DNA of 63,731 nucleotides, filler included, from Hyphochytrium catenoides (Eukaryota; Protista; Hyphochytriomycota): assembly GCA_900088475.1 (NCBI GenBank). It is 9 parts of 9 records of this genome, joined end to end, with 100 filler letters (N's around TTAATTAATTAA, not from the genome) between each part and the next. Parts side by side here need not be neighbours in the genome. Positions count along the whole stretch, not along the records: positions 1 to 12,514 come from FLMG01004309.1; positions 12,615 to 26,945 come from FLMG01002042.1; 7 more parts are not named here. One strand, given 5' to 3'. Shown one piece after another: positions 1 to 13,317 of the stretch. Both the position numbers and the translations under genes were made by a program. Under the pieces are notes generated by a model that searched no databases, was not told where the DNA came from, and saw only the letters and a list, made by a program, of their open reading frames with translations. Each line of letters begins with the position of its first letter. The first letter of the stretch is position 1.

Positions 1-3000
1 AACCTCTTGTCCTAGGCTCCGACCTTCCTCACATCAGATGATGGACATCAATATGATGAGAAGATGGCGGAAGATGATGCAACGAGAACGGAGAATCTTC
101 GAGAGTCTGGTGCCGAACACTACCGATCTCTCACCTCTGATGAACTTTCTAAATGATCGCGACTCCTTTAGCCAGCTGCACTTAGTTTAAGCTGCCTCCA
201 GATGCTCGATGGTCTCCCTGGTTTCCGTGTATCTTCATGATCTAATAGTGCTGCTTCTTTAGGAGTCCGCTCTTCATGGGCACTGTTTATGCAGTCGGTC
301 GAGTCAAATGAAGCTGCACTCAAGCAGCTTCAGCTTGAGTTTGATGAAGTCAAGAAGCTACAGATATCTGTGTCACTGACCACTTCTACTCCACATCCTT
401 TCGTCGTGGGCCACTCTAAGGAAGGTCAGTACGGAAAGGACATTTAATCACGGTAGCCCAAATGAGGGGATGTGTTGAGGACAAAGTATTGGAAAAAGAT
501 AGGCCAAAGACATTGCGATTAGAACGAAACTGGAAAGGGTCTTTACCAAAGTGAGGAGCAAGAGAAGCCGAGGATAAACGCTACCAGAGAAGAAGAGTGT
601 GAAGCAAGTTTTATAGAAAGTCAGTAAAACGATAGAAAGGTGATTAATTCTCTGTAGAGTTCCACACGATAGATGGTGGCGAAGGAGAAAATGCACGGCG
701 AGTTGAGGAGGGTGGAGCTCCAGGTCAGCCTTCGTTGCTCCTTCTTCCGTCTTTACTTGCATCCCATTGGCCCTTCTGTCTTCTTCACCTCTAAGTCGTC
801 CACCGCCAAGGGCCTCCAGCGCCAAATTCTTTCCTCTTAACCATGGCTATATTGCCCATCTAATTGCATCGCTTTCCGCCAAGAAGTGGACCTTGAGACA
901 GAAGAGGAGGCTGAGGTAAGGCTAGTGGTGGATGATGAAGAGCAACAAATCCGAGAAAGGGGGTTAATGGAAGCTGAGGAAGAACAAAGCAAAGCTTACG
1001 ACAGGAAACTCCTTGACCAGGTGATGGACAGCCACATATCTAGTTACCGAAGTCTTTCTCTTGCTGTAGACCTTGCCTTCAAACCCTCCATGCTCCGGCC
1101 TTGCGTAACCATCTTGCACTTCTAAGTGAGTAGCCACTAATCAAGAGTGGCTTGACGTTCGACTGCTCCGTACTTTCGTCCATTTTCCCAACTGGTGTTG
1201 TTCTCAGGTCCGTCAGCATGCGAAGAAGGTCCAAGAGCTTAATCTGGAGGCCTTACTCCAGGGCGAAGTTGTTCGTTTGCAGGCTCAGGAGGAGCTCCTA
1301 TTCCAGACAATATCCTTGCCACCTCTGTTACCATCTCTTGATGTGATGCCCTCTTTGATCCCTTTGTCATGTTTCAAAGTTTCCAGGATTTCTCCTTTTC
1401 TTATATCGAGCCTTGCTGGACTGGCCTGGACGTTACCTCTCACCCAAAATTTTGAGCCTTAACTTTACTCGCCCGTTCCTACTGCCAGCAGCAAGAGGAG
1501 GAGATATTGCAGCGGCACAGATTGGAGGCCGAGCGGCTTGAGGCAAGAAGGTTAAGATTCGAAGAGGAGAAGAGGCGTAACGAACAGGAGGCGACGTTGC
1601 TGCTGAAGAGGTTGAATGAGGAGGAAGAGGTACGCGAAAGCTCTTTCTTAAGTAGTGCTCGTTATCTTGGGGACGTGATAGCTCTTATCATGGGTCTGAT
1701 GGGCCGGCCCTACCTTAAACGATTTATCTGCTTCCTGAATGATGTAGGCAGCCCGCAGACTCCAGGATGTTATACGACTAGAGCGACAAGCCCTGGAAGC
1801 ACATCGCCAGCAAATAGCGGCGCATGTCCTGCTTAGATGTCTTCGAAAGAACCTGGAAAGAAGGCAAAAGTGGCTTCTTCTCGAACTGACGCAGTATTGG
1901 AAGAGCAGCCTCTTACCATCACCAGGGCTTCTGACTGCTTTAACTATAGCTGATGCAACTCATCTAAGAAGGGAGTTACTCGCTCTGCATCTACCAGTCA
2001 GTTCCCTCCAGAGCCTGAGGGATGCTCTGAAGCTTTGGAGGTGTCTGGTCTCTCGGTTAGAAAGTGAGAGGCTGTGCCCTGATGCCAAAAAACATGCAAA
2101 GGATGGGCCACCGGTGCTTTCTGTGGCTGTTTCTCTCATTATTAGAGTTACGAAGGACACTGGCAATAGCGACAAGCTCTCCTGCTGCTCTTCAGAGCGC
2201 GGACTGCGGAGGAGTTCACAGCTTTTGCAGCGGTTGCTCTCACTGGAGGGACATCTTCTCTGCGTCTTTATTCCTTTCCTTGGCTCTCTCTATGCAAATA
2301 CTTCTTGGTACTTGCTAGAGTACCTCTCTACTATTAGTTCCCATGCCCGCTCGGCAGTGGCTTGGTGGTTGGTAGGAGAGTTTCCAACATTATCGGTGAA
2401 AGGAGAGGACATAGACGATCCTCTGGATATGGAGCTTGAAGAAAGTGTGCGCAAGCTTTTGGATACTGTCTCCACTCCACGCCTTCGCTTATTGGTTAAG
2501 GAGCTGAGCGCATTAGGTCCTTCTCCGGCTTGCCTTCTAGGCCATTTAGAGCAGAGAACACGGAGGGAGAAGCGTCTACTGTTCGTCCTTTGTTTACTTC
2601 ACGTCTCCGACCCCAAGTTTTCTTTGGAGAGGCAGCTCCACTCCCTCCAGACACTCGGTCGCAAAGGGTTTGAATTTCTGACGGCAGTAGCAAGAATGAC
2701 CCTTCGTGGCTCGCTTAATTTCCTGCTTTGTGAGGAGAATGAAGGAGAGGAAATAAGGGCGGAGAGAGCTAGTACTTCTAGTACCGGGCTGTCTGTCCTT
2801 TCATCACTGCTTCAATGTATGGTCCTGGAGGAAGATACCGGACGAATGGAGAGGGACCTTGCCTTCTTACTCTCTTTAAAAACATCTCTTCTCCCTTCCT
2901 TCTTAGGCACCTTTACCTCCTTAACTCCCGCGGGTCTTTCAAGTGCATGGGGCGAAGCAGTAAGAAGAGTAAAGGAGGAACAGGAGAGAGAAGAGGCCAG

Positions 3001-5468
3001 ATTGGCCGAGAGAGAGAGACGGATAGCTGATCTTCAGTTGATGGCACAGGAGGACATTCGATCCACCATCATGAGAGATGCCCTTAAGGAGGAAGAGAAA
3101 GTGCGTCGACTAGCACGAGAGACACAAGAGAGAGAAACAGCACGAATGAAGGAAGAAGAAGAAATTCAAAGGATGGTAGAGATCATGGCCGCTCATAGAG
3201 CGGAAGAGGAAAAGAAGAGATTGGCGGAAGAAGCTTCATACCGACGGAAGGAGGACGAAGAGCGCCGTAGAGTAGAGAACGAGAGAGAGACGCTGAGGAA
3301 GGAGCAAGAAGCAGGATGGCGTCGGCAGGAGGAAGAGAGTTGCCGGCTGATGGAGGAAGAGGAGACACGACAGCGGACTATGGAGAAGGAGAGATTCAGG
3401 CTGATGGTCGAGCAGCGAGCCAGAGAAGCTTTCGAGGCTTCCCGTCTGGCCGCGGAGGCAGAGCGCATGAAGAGGGAAACAATTAGTAGGGAGACCGAAC
3501 AGAGACTAATGCAACTGGCAGACTTATTTAGTTCTGCCGCTGCGGAACAATGGAGGTGGGAGTGGAAGGAGAAACAGAGTGAGGCGAGAGAACGTAGGTG
3601 CATAGAGACTGAGGATGAGTTCAGTAGTAAGTGGAATAGAGAGCTGAGGAGGGAGATCGAGAGGACGAGGAAAGCAGCACAAGACAAGAAGGCATGGCTT
3701 GAAAAAGAAGAAGAGAAGAAAGTCGAAAAGCAGAGACAGGAAGAACTTCAGCGAGAAGAGGAGAGAAGAGCACTAATAGAAGAGAAAGAGAGAGAGAGGG
3801 CGGCCCTAGCTATACAAGACGCATGGTGGGAGTTGCAAGAAAGGCGAGCGCATACCAGCGCTGCACTTGCCCTTCAGGCTCTTTACAGAGGATACCGACT
3901 GCGGAGGAAGGTAGCTGCGGCGCGCTCACGGTGCAAGGTTTGCTATAGTTTACGATGCTACAGATACTTTTTGTCTTTCGTTATCCACCTCTCTCTGTCC
4001 CTCTTTACAAGCGCTCTCGTGTCTCTTACTTTATCTCGGTCGCTAAAGGTTCTCCCTCCTTCCTTAAGTCGTACTCCATTTGACACCAAGTTCGCCCATA
4101 TCATTGCGTCTGCAAGCCGTTAGATGCCACCCTCGGCGAGTGCTGTCGTCCATCCACTGAAACCACTATTGCTGCAAAGCTGCTTACTAGTACTCTCACT
4201 TTCTCTCTCTTCTTCTTCCTCTTCTTCCTAGGCATTTGTGACCTGCCTGCTCCCTACTTTGTTCTTGGTCTAACGTCTTCTTGCCTACCTACATGGACAG
4301 GTGCCGGAAAGCGAGGACCTAGGCTATTCTGAGATTATTACGGAAGACTTTTTGCAGAAACCTCCCGAGCTGGATGAAGGATGGGAAAAGCCAGAGAGAC
4401 TTCCTATCCCTCTGCATCTCCCTAGAATGACACAAGGGCATGAAATAAAGACAAGACGAGTGACAGGCACGGGACACAGCAGTGCTGGCTCCCTTGGACC
4501 GTCGTCCGAAGAAGATGCTCGCATACTTCAGGAGATAGAAGAAAGACTGCGAAGCAGAAGAAGTGACACAGCCTCTCGCCCAGGTCAGGCAACGCCATTT
4601 CGTTCTGGATCTTCCAAACAAAGTCGAGAGGAAAAAGAAGAGTCAGGAACAATCAAGCAGATGGACAGAAAGCTCACCGCAAAGGAAGAGATCAAGCAGG
4701 AATGGGGCTTTCAGGACCCTAATACTGTTCGGCTACTGCTACAACGGAGAAGGAAGGCCCAACAGGGAAGACAAAAGCATGATAAAAAAAGGAAGGTGTC
4801 AGGTGCTAGGGGACAAGCGGACCAACTAAAGGTAAGTCCTACCACAAGTAACAGAACGGAGTGGGAGTAGAGCGAGACCAATTGGTGTTCAAGAGATATA
4901 TAGGTGATGCAGTCAGAGAAGGAGTAGTAAGGAGGACACTAAGATTTTGGAGTTAGCAACCCAGTCGACTACCGCGAAGCAACTTCAGACTTCCCTGTCG
5001 TAAGAGCTGCTCATGCTGCTTTTCTGTCTTCAGAAGCCCAATCAAGAGGAAGATGATCTAAGCAATCAACAATCAACGCCACTGTCGCTCCGTAATGGGG
5101 AGAGAAGGACGATAAGGCCAGACGGTAATCCCTCCTTTGGAACGATGGTTGCTAGCAGCCCTAGATTGGAAGAAAAGGGAGGAAAGGTGACTCACGCTGC
5201 TGGAGGAGCCAGGGCTGCCATTCAAGCGCTCTCGCCCCGCAACAGCCCGAGCCGCAGTCGGGAGGAATTGAACCCAGAGGAGGAAGGAAAGCGTCCGTCC
5301 GTTCTGGGCCCACAAATGCGCCTAACACCCTCGGAAAAGATGACCATTCCCCGCTCTGAAAATGTCGCAAGCGGATGGCAGCGGAAGTCCCTCCCACCGT
5401 TAGTGGCAAGGACCCTCACTCTTCCATTGGAGCACCGATCAGCCTCTGAATTGCTTCATCCACCATAG
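1..5468 (+). CDS. LRRIQ1-like IQ-motif / coiled-coil protein (multi-exon, 5' end uncertain or upstream of window)
   Basis: Long exon at ~1749-3936 encodes an E/R-rich coiled coil ending in an IQ motif (ALALQALYRGYRLRRK). Exon at ~4301-4831 has an acidic segment and QEWGFQDPNTVRLLLQRRRK, which resembles the EWGF motif I recall from the LRRIQ1 C-terminus. Last exon ends at TAG 5468. GT-AG introns. Confidence 0.6.
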
Positions 5469-5866
5469 CTCTTCATTGTACCTTGTCTCCACCTTTGCGT
5501 AGGGTGTTAACGTCCTTGCCAGACTCTTAGACCACTTTATTTATTGCGAGGAGCCATAATTATGACATAACACGCTATGGCTTCTGACCCTAAGATTGAA
5601 TCCAATCTCCTCTATCAGGCCAGAGGAAAGGAAGAAAAATCTATCGCATGCAAGGGAGCCTTAGGCAAGCTGTATCTTTAATAGGGTGTGGCCATGTCAC
5701 GGTGTGCTGGCAATGGGCTGGAGACAGACCGGACCAAGAGCGGCCCATTCCTGCTGCTAGAGTTAAGAGGGGCGGAACTGCGGACACTTTTGCTGATGAG
5801 GTTTTCTACGGTGGCAGCGAAGAGCACTGGACAAGGAAGGGACAATGGCGTGGGTTGACAGTGGCC

Positions 5867-8800
5867 TCACTCCGGAAGAAGAGGAGAATGAGATGATTGA
5901 GAAGAGAGTAGAAGGGCTTCTTGGGCTCGCAACTCCTCCATATGAAGCTGTCTTAATCTCAGTAACTCGCCGTTCTTCTCCTGTATCTCATTCCTCAGCT
6001 TTCCAAGGGCATGCAATGCGGAGGCTAGCTTTTGCGTCATGTTATTTGGGGAGGAACAGAGAGAGATATCTTCTGTCATCTTGCCGTCATTTGGCCTTAT
6101 CCAGTTGTGCTCTTCTGTTCGTATACATTGTCCTTGCCATGTAGCAGGAGAGAGATCCAACGACTGTACCCCAGTGTAAATAGTTGGATTGGCTGGCTTC
6201 TCTGAGTTTCCTTCGTCGTCTCGCTCGACTCTAAGCGCTAGGACTTGCTTTCGAAGCTCCGTTATGGCAGCTTCCTTCGCCCTTAGGCTCGATTTCAGCT
6301 TCTCGACGAGTTCACCATCTCGATTCTCCCTCCTCCTGGGTCCAGTTTGGGTGATAGCCTTTAGGGAAAGGAAGATAGCAAAGTTATTAGCCAGTGTTCG
6401 TCGAGAATCGTTATTTTCTACTTGCACGATTATGGTCTTGCCTTTTTCAGTTGAGCCTTGAGCTCTCGGACATCCTTGTCGTGTCGCCTTCTCTCTTCCT
6501 CCATCTTCAATCGCCATCTGCGCCCAAGGGCTTCTACCTCAGCTGCGCTTGACGCTAATTGCCCTGTGATGCATAAAGAGAGAAAGGCATGTCAACGGAG
6601 AGGACACGTAACGTGCTCTTAAAGCGCTCGCCGTAGGAGCTCTGCATTACTGTTGATGGTCTTCAGGGCCGTCCTTGTGATGTCTCGTTTCGACTGTTAG
6701 ACCTAAATCTCTTACCGGCTTTCATGGCTGCGATGGTCCCTTGAAGGGTTTTCATCTTGTGATCGTTTGCGCTCTTCATTTGGGCGAGCCGTCTGGACGA
6801 GGAGACGCGGACACTAGCGGTCTGGACGACATAAGTGGTTGAACATGCAGGGAGAAAGTGTGACAGAATAAGTTCAATATGCAGAGGTGAGCTCTGAAAC
6901 CCTACGTCAAATCGATTATGTGCTAGAAGACCTATTTACCTTACACATACCTCTCTCTCTAGCTCCGCTGCTCTTTGTTGAGACTGCTTTAGTAACACAT
7001 TCAGCGTCTGACAGCTTTCGGTCACCTCCTTCAGAGAATGCTCCTAATAGACGAAGATGGTTATCAGACACCGCAGGTGCTGCTAAAGCCTCTGTACTGT
7101 TGTTAGAAGTGAAGGACCATTGAAAGGAATATAGATTTAACCTCTTGCAGCGACAGTTATGAAATGCTGCTAAGTCTCAGGTAAGGGATAAGGGTCAGTC
7201 ACGGCACTGACCGTCTCAGCTAGTTGAGCCTTTACATCGCGGTTGTGCCGCGTTTCTATATGGCCCTTGGCCTGCAAAACATAGGAGTGCACAATGTTCA
7301 GAGTCGGAGGGATTGCGGAAAAAGGATAAAGGTGTGACCTATTTGTGATTCAGACTGCGGGAAGAATAGAGAGAATGGTAGGCAGAGGTAAGGAGCACGT
7401 TCCCTCTACCTCAAGGGCTGCACATTGAATCTGGAGCTCAGAGTTCATGCCTTCCAACTGCTTACTATAGAGCTGTGCCATGCAAAATAGAGGTGGTTGG
7501 AGATCTCAGTAAAATTCTGCCTTCGTCCTCAAAGTCCGACTCTCCAAGCTGCCATCTACTCTTTCACTGTGACATTCCATTTAGCTTGCTTCTTAATTTG
7601 AAGTGAACGACCGTACTGCAACTTAAGGGCAGATCTCTCTGTGCTTGGTGCGGTTTATTTACCTCAAGCTCTTTCACTCTTTCTTTTAGACTTTCAGCTT
7701 CTCTTTGAGATTGATCCAGAGCTGCCTGTGATAATGATTCACAAACAGGAGAGCGACAGGTGGTTAAAAAGCAAAAGAGCCTCTTGCCTTGCTTACAGTC
7801 ATTGCTAAAAGTGAATTGGTCACGGTAACACAGACGTTGCCAGTGAGATCATCGGGAGGCTGGCAACAGAGACTGACACCAAGATGCCCTAGCTGTTTAC
7901 CTTTGTTTCCTGTAGCTCCACCTGCATGCCGTTTATTCGGCAGAGTGCTCCAGGAGTCAGCGACCCCTCTTCCTCGGGTGTTATTGTTATCGCGGGGAGC
8001 TTTTCCACCTCCAAGCTCCCCTGTTTGTCGATGCCTGTTTTTCCCTCTTGGCCACTCTGCTCTCCTTTCCGGCCCCTATGTGGTACCTCTCCTTGCTGTT
8101 TGAGCGGGTAAGATATCCTTCTCTCCAGTTTCTTCTGCTTCACTCCTCTAAGTACTTCTCGCGGGCTGACGCTCTTCGTTACATTGATGTTTGTGCCAAG
8201 TTGTTGGCAGTCAGGGTTGGAACCTGCTGGTGGCGCCAATGTAGGCAGCGCTTCTAAGGCGCCCTCAGCAAGTTTACTTCTTTTTGGCCGTTGAAACTGA
8301 GGGGAAGGATCGAGGAGTTCCTCGACACCTGGGAGGTACTCTGCCATGACAGAGATTAGTTCTTTGCCGCTCAGTGAACTCCTCTCCTTTATTATCTCTT
8401 TCTCAGCTTTTGTTCCTTCCACTTCATCTTTCTTGACTCTGACCTGAAGGGAGCCCTCGACGTTGGACCCCTTTCCGGCGTCCATTCTTTGGTCAACTTC
8501 ACCTCTACGTTCCAAACCTTGGTAAGTGTCTGCAGCATTTTCTTTTGCAGCGTTTTCTTTTCCTTGTTTACCACTTTCAAGAGATGGAGCAATACCGGAA
8601 GACAAGTGCCGTATATCTGTACTGGAGATCTCCTCAGCTTTTGAAGTGTCGGCGGTGGCCTCTTTGTAGCTAAGGTCACCAGTGGGAGGAACCTCTAAGG
8701 CGACAACGGATGGGACGTCTTCCAGGCTGGCGCTCTTTTCCCCCGCAGATATTGTCACTTCCGTGGTTTGAATAACCGAAAGAGACCCCAACTGGTTACT

Positions 8801-10815
8801 GTCCTCTCTCCCTTCAACCAGAAGTATCCCTCCTAGGCTGCTTTGGAGACCGCATCCCGTCATGTTTCCTTGTCCGTCACAATTTGGCTCGGGAGCCCCC
8901 GAAACAAGCAGTGGTTGCCCAAGATGGCCGTTGTTCTCCCCGGTTTGGTCACATGATGAAGCGGACAGAAGAGCAGCCGGAGAAGGATGAGAGGGCTCCT
9001 CCGCCAAGCTAATATGTGTGGAAGTTTCATCCTTGTCGACGGCAGGAGTAGGCACTGGAACGTTGGCCTCATCGTCTTGCACCATGGCGGTTTGGCAGTG
9101 CCTGTCTTTCCCGTCTGTGGTTGCGAGGATGCTCCCACTCCCTCTTGTGCTAACCCTCTCAATCGCCTCACTTTCATCGTTTTGCTTCAGCTCTACGTGG
9201 CTGATTTGAGATTCATTCTTTGTCTCCTGTAATTGGTCCGTCCCTCTCAGCTCCCCCACCTTCCGCGTGCTCTCCTTTCCACCAGATGACTTCGTTTCCA
9301 TATCAATTTCCTTGCTTTTGACCTCGTCTTTGCCGCTCGTCACTCCCTCGTCAGTTCTTGCTCCGTCCATAACAATGACTGACTTGTCCAGTAGCTTTTC
9401 CTGCTCTTGTTTCCATGCATCATCAACCAACAGTTCTGCTTTCTCAACTTCAGTCTTGAAGACACCTCCTTCATCCTTCTCTTGACCAGCTTTCAGGGTG
9501 AGAATATCCTCTAGGCTGTCGTCGCTGCAGACACTGTCCAGGTCAGCGTCCTTCTCCACTCCTGAGTCCAGGCACAAGGTCAGACCTTTCTTTATAAGAA
9601 GTACTGGGACAAATCAAGGTAACAAGTGCAAATTCACGGCTTAACCTTTCACTCCTAAATCCGAACCCAAGTCCTCCAGGTCAAACTGGCGTTTGTCAAA
9701 TCTGGACGTCTTGTCAACTTTATCAGAGTCTCCAAAGCCTTTCTCCTTGGTCTCAGTTTGGCCAGCTTGGCCAGTAGGGCTATCGGAGGGCTCAGCAGTG
9801 CGTGGGTTTATACGCGAAGGCAGCGCCGGTGTATTCTGTCCCATGTTCTCCTTTGGAACAGGGTGATCTGCCATGTAGGAGAGAGAAGATCCTACGCTGG
9901 CAGAGGGAAGGACAAGCGAGACGGAGAAGAGTACTTCGACACCCTTTGCGCGATTGAAGTGCTGCCTGAACATAGAAGTGGAAAAAAGCCGAGAATAATT
10001 AGGAAGAGATAGGTCTAACAGACTCGAGTCTTTGCGTTGCACATACAAATGACAAGAACAGCAGAGGTCGATTGCTTAACGAACGTTGAGCTCAATCGAC
10101 TACAAGGTGTACATGGGACTTCGTGAAGCGAGGAAAGAGCAAGGGAAGGACACCTCATAGAAGGGGCATGGGTTAGAGGATAGCATGTGAAAGTGAAGGA
10201 ACTAGGAGCCCACCATTGTCTCTGAAACGATGCCCTTTGCAATCCTCCTAGAGGATAGCTGTCTACGAAGTCCTTCAGCGGTTGCTGAAACTACCCACCA
10301 TGACAAGCAAAAGACGGATTAGTGGGACTAGTAAAGGCGGTAAGTATGTGGAAAGAGCAGCCAATAACACCCAGCTAGGAAAGCATGTATGAAACGTCAA
10401 GAAATTATCTAAAGGGCCAATCACTGTCGAACAGAGAAGATTGGGAAAGGATTACGGCTCAGAAAAGGGATTATTACAGCCCACCGTTCCTCTCACTTCG
10501 CCACTTTCCTCGTCTCCTTGGCACAGCTGCACAACCAAGTCCCCCTATCACGGCAGACGATTTTAACGAAGGTCAGAGGGAAACCGAGATGGACGGACAA
10601 GGGAGCAACAAGGAATGGATCGACACGGAAAGTAAGGCTCTGAATACGAGGCATATCGAATCCACAGGAGACTGTTTATGCAGCTGCTGATAGCGAAAGG
10701 GGCATAATAGAGAGAGCCATACATCAAGCTTCTTCCACTGCACCACACCCTTGATACCCCTTTCTGGTGCTTCTATTTCACTGTGGCCGTGCAGGGAAAG
10801 GTCAGTCCCCAGCAA
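5867..10815 (-). CDS. Large hypothetical protein, disordered middle and coiled-coil C-terminus (multi-exon, 5' end uncertain)
   Basis: 562-aa low-complexity exon (7889-9577), further ORFs at 9641-10048 and 10573-10815, several short GT-AG-bounded exons at 6500-7750, and a terminal exon 5867-6517 with heptad-like segments (VEKLKSSLRAKEAAITELRKQVLAL). No family recognised. Confidence 0.55.
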
Positions 10816-12514
10816 GTAGAACGCAGGGCAAAGTCATGGAGTGGGGTATAGACCAAGGTAGGGCCATTTGCCCAGAAATTACGGAGAGATAGAGGAATGT
10901 TGAGGGCAGCACTTTGGCAAAGTGCGAGAGCAACAGGCTAGACACTACAGAGCAAGAGAAAGGGAGGAGTTATCTCACAAGGGGTATGAGGGGTCCTGCC
11001 ACGAGAGAGAGGTGTCACAGTGAGAAGTCTTGCACAGGCTAAGATTCTGCCCAGGAATCATTAGCTCGACCTGAGCGCAATCGTGAGTAGGAGGGCGCTC
11101 GTCAATTAGCGGCCATAGAATGAGCTAAATGAACCGTGGCCGCGTAAGGGGAGTGGCCATCAATGTTAATAGAGAGATACGGTCAATTTGATAGAAAGCG
11201 TCGGAGTAATAGTGAATAAGAAGCATCGGAAGTTCGGACGCTTCAAGGTAGGAACAAGCGTTCCCGCTCCTGATGTCCCGCTTTTAATGTTACGTTATAC
11301 CTTCAGGAAGAACAAGCCCTTCGATCCTGCAACTCGCAGGTGTAGATGGCAAGGTTAGAGTGGGTCTACTTATGAGAGACAGCTATGAGAATAAAAGGGA
11401 GCGGGTACAGGCCACAAGGCTGTCAGCCAGAGCGAAGAGTAATCAGACTACCGGAACTCATGAGGACAGGGATAGGGTTATGGGTTAGGGTCTATGGAAG
11501 AACGGCAAAGGGACCCTTACCGGTCGCACTCTCTACGCCCCTCAGCTGGTGGACTGGGTTAAAATATTACGGGGAGGTAAAAGAATGACGGGGGAAGGTA
11601 CGCTATGTAAGCGTTTTGCCAAGTAGAGCTAGGACAGGGAAAGGTGCGTTCAAGGACGTGTATATAGGATCCATCGAAAGGTATTGATATAAAAGCAATG
11701 AATCGCAGACATCAGCACTCGGAGGAGGGATGATTGAAGGTTTGTCTTGTTTCGAAGAAATGAGAAGTCGTGGACATACAAGTGACTGTCAGCTTTGCCT
11801 TTCCCGGGCCAGAGACCCGGACACCCTGGTATCTATGGGTCATGGTGGTTTATCCTCCTTTTGTCAGACCTTGACCCTTACTGTTCCGTTGTACCGGTCT
11901 CTTGGGCTTGCATTGGTCCAACATAGAGTATGTTCAGCCCGGACTGAGGCAAATGTGCCTGAAGAGAGCAGCAGAGTACATAATGCGTGACAGCTTCCAG
12001 AACTAGACTACTGCACAGACACGACAACGAGGACCCAGAGGACTGCGGCGTCAAAGGAAGTGACGCCAACAAGGACTGAGACGAATAAGCACAGAGAGAT
12101 GAGAGAAAAGGAGAGGCAATGGAGTGACCGACTGAGAAGGATGAGACAGGCCGTAGGAGCTCCTACTAGAACTGAAGAGAGATCCAACAGCCCACATCGC
12201 CTACGTGCTGTGCCTGAGCTCTATCATTGAAGCTCAAGACTCAAGAATCTGCATCTTCATCACGGCTTCTCATGTTCTGTTCGTGTCTCTTCGTGTCTCC
12301 TCCTTCTTTTCCTCCCGCTTGGTAGACTAAGACGCTGCGTACGACGATGTTAGTAGCTGTTTGTGTGGTGTATTCTGATCGTTGCAACCTCTATTATATG
12401 GGGTAAGCCCGCAGATCTTACCCCCACAACCTTTTGGATTCTGATGTTATCTGCCTTGTCTCTCTCTCTCTGTCTCTCTCTCTGTCTCTCTCTCTCTGTC
12501 TCTCTCTCTCTCTC

Positions 12515-12614
12515 NNNNNNNNNNNNNNNNNNNNNNNNNNNNNNNNNNNNNNNNNNNNTTAATTAATTAANNNNNNNNNNNNNNNNNNNNNNNNNNNNNN
12601 NNNNNNNNNNNNNN
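12515..12614. other. Artificial contig linker (N44-TTAATTAATTAA-N44)
   Basis: TTAATTAATTAA at 12559-12570 gives stops in all six frames and is flanked by N runs; the same linker recurs 8 times. Confidence 0.97.
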
Positions 12615-13317
12615 TCCTCAGTAGGAGAAGAAGGCTAGTAGTAAATACTGCCTGCCAGTGAATGATGAGAGGAGAGCTGTATTGCTATTGCTATGACAGC
12701 AGGTCTACGTCAAGACTGAGCGCAGTCACCGCGAACAGCCGAGCATGGAGATAGACAGATGCAATATTTGTATGGATTATCAAGGAGGAGGGCATCGCTT
12801 TCGACCTCAACTCCCACCACCCAGCGTATGGTCTGCCTCTTCTTCGTATCGATATCAGTTCTTGCTCCGGTGAGAGGGCCGGGTCATTCACAGCAATGAA
12901 TGTGCTGTCATGGCATGGCATGCTAGAAGACCAAGCGCTACGAGGTTGTCCGCAAGTGCGCTACTCAGTCGGCTGGGGTGCCGCCTAGTAGGAAGCTTGA
13001 TGTCATGGGTTTGACTTGAAGGCTTTGACAATGGCAGGGTGAAGGCTTTGACAGTGGCAGGAGAGGAGGGATTGAATGTACTCACAAGCAATGGGACGTA
13101 GCAGCAGGAAGACATGTCTGGCTAGTGCTGCCCTGCTGTTGTTATTCTATCTTTGCTGACAAGCAGTGACGAGAGGAGAAGGAGGAGGATGAAGTGCCGA
13201 CACCATTATCATCACGTTCGAAGGCAAGGGAGAGAAGAGTCCAAGAGCTAAGAGAAACAACGCTTCAAGTTCTCGATTCAATAGCTCAACAGAAGGGACG
13301 TTGTCCAACAAGAGAGT

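Noticed and set aside
11473-11490. Telomere-like TAGGGTTATGGGTTAGGG
   Set aside because: Only about 3 imperfect units in an internal position; compatible with chance.
12559-12570. TTAATTAATTAA as a biological palindrome or piggyBac TTAA site
   Set aside because: It is always centred in a fixed N-padded 100-bp block, so it is an assembly spacer.
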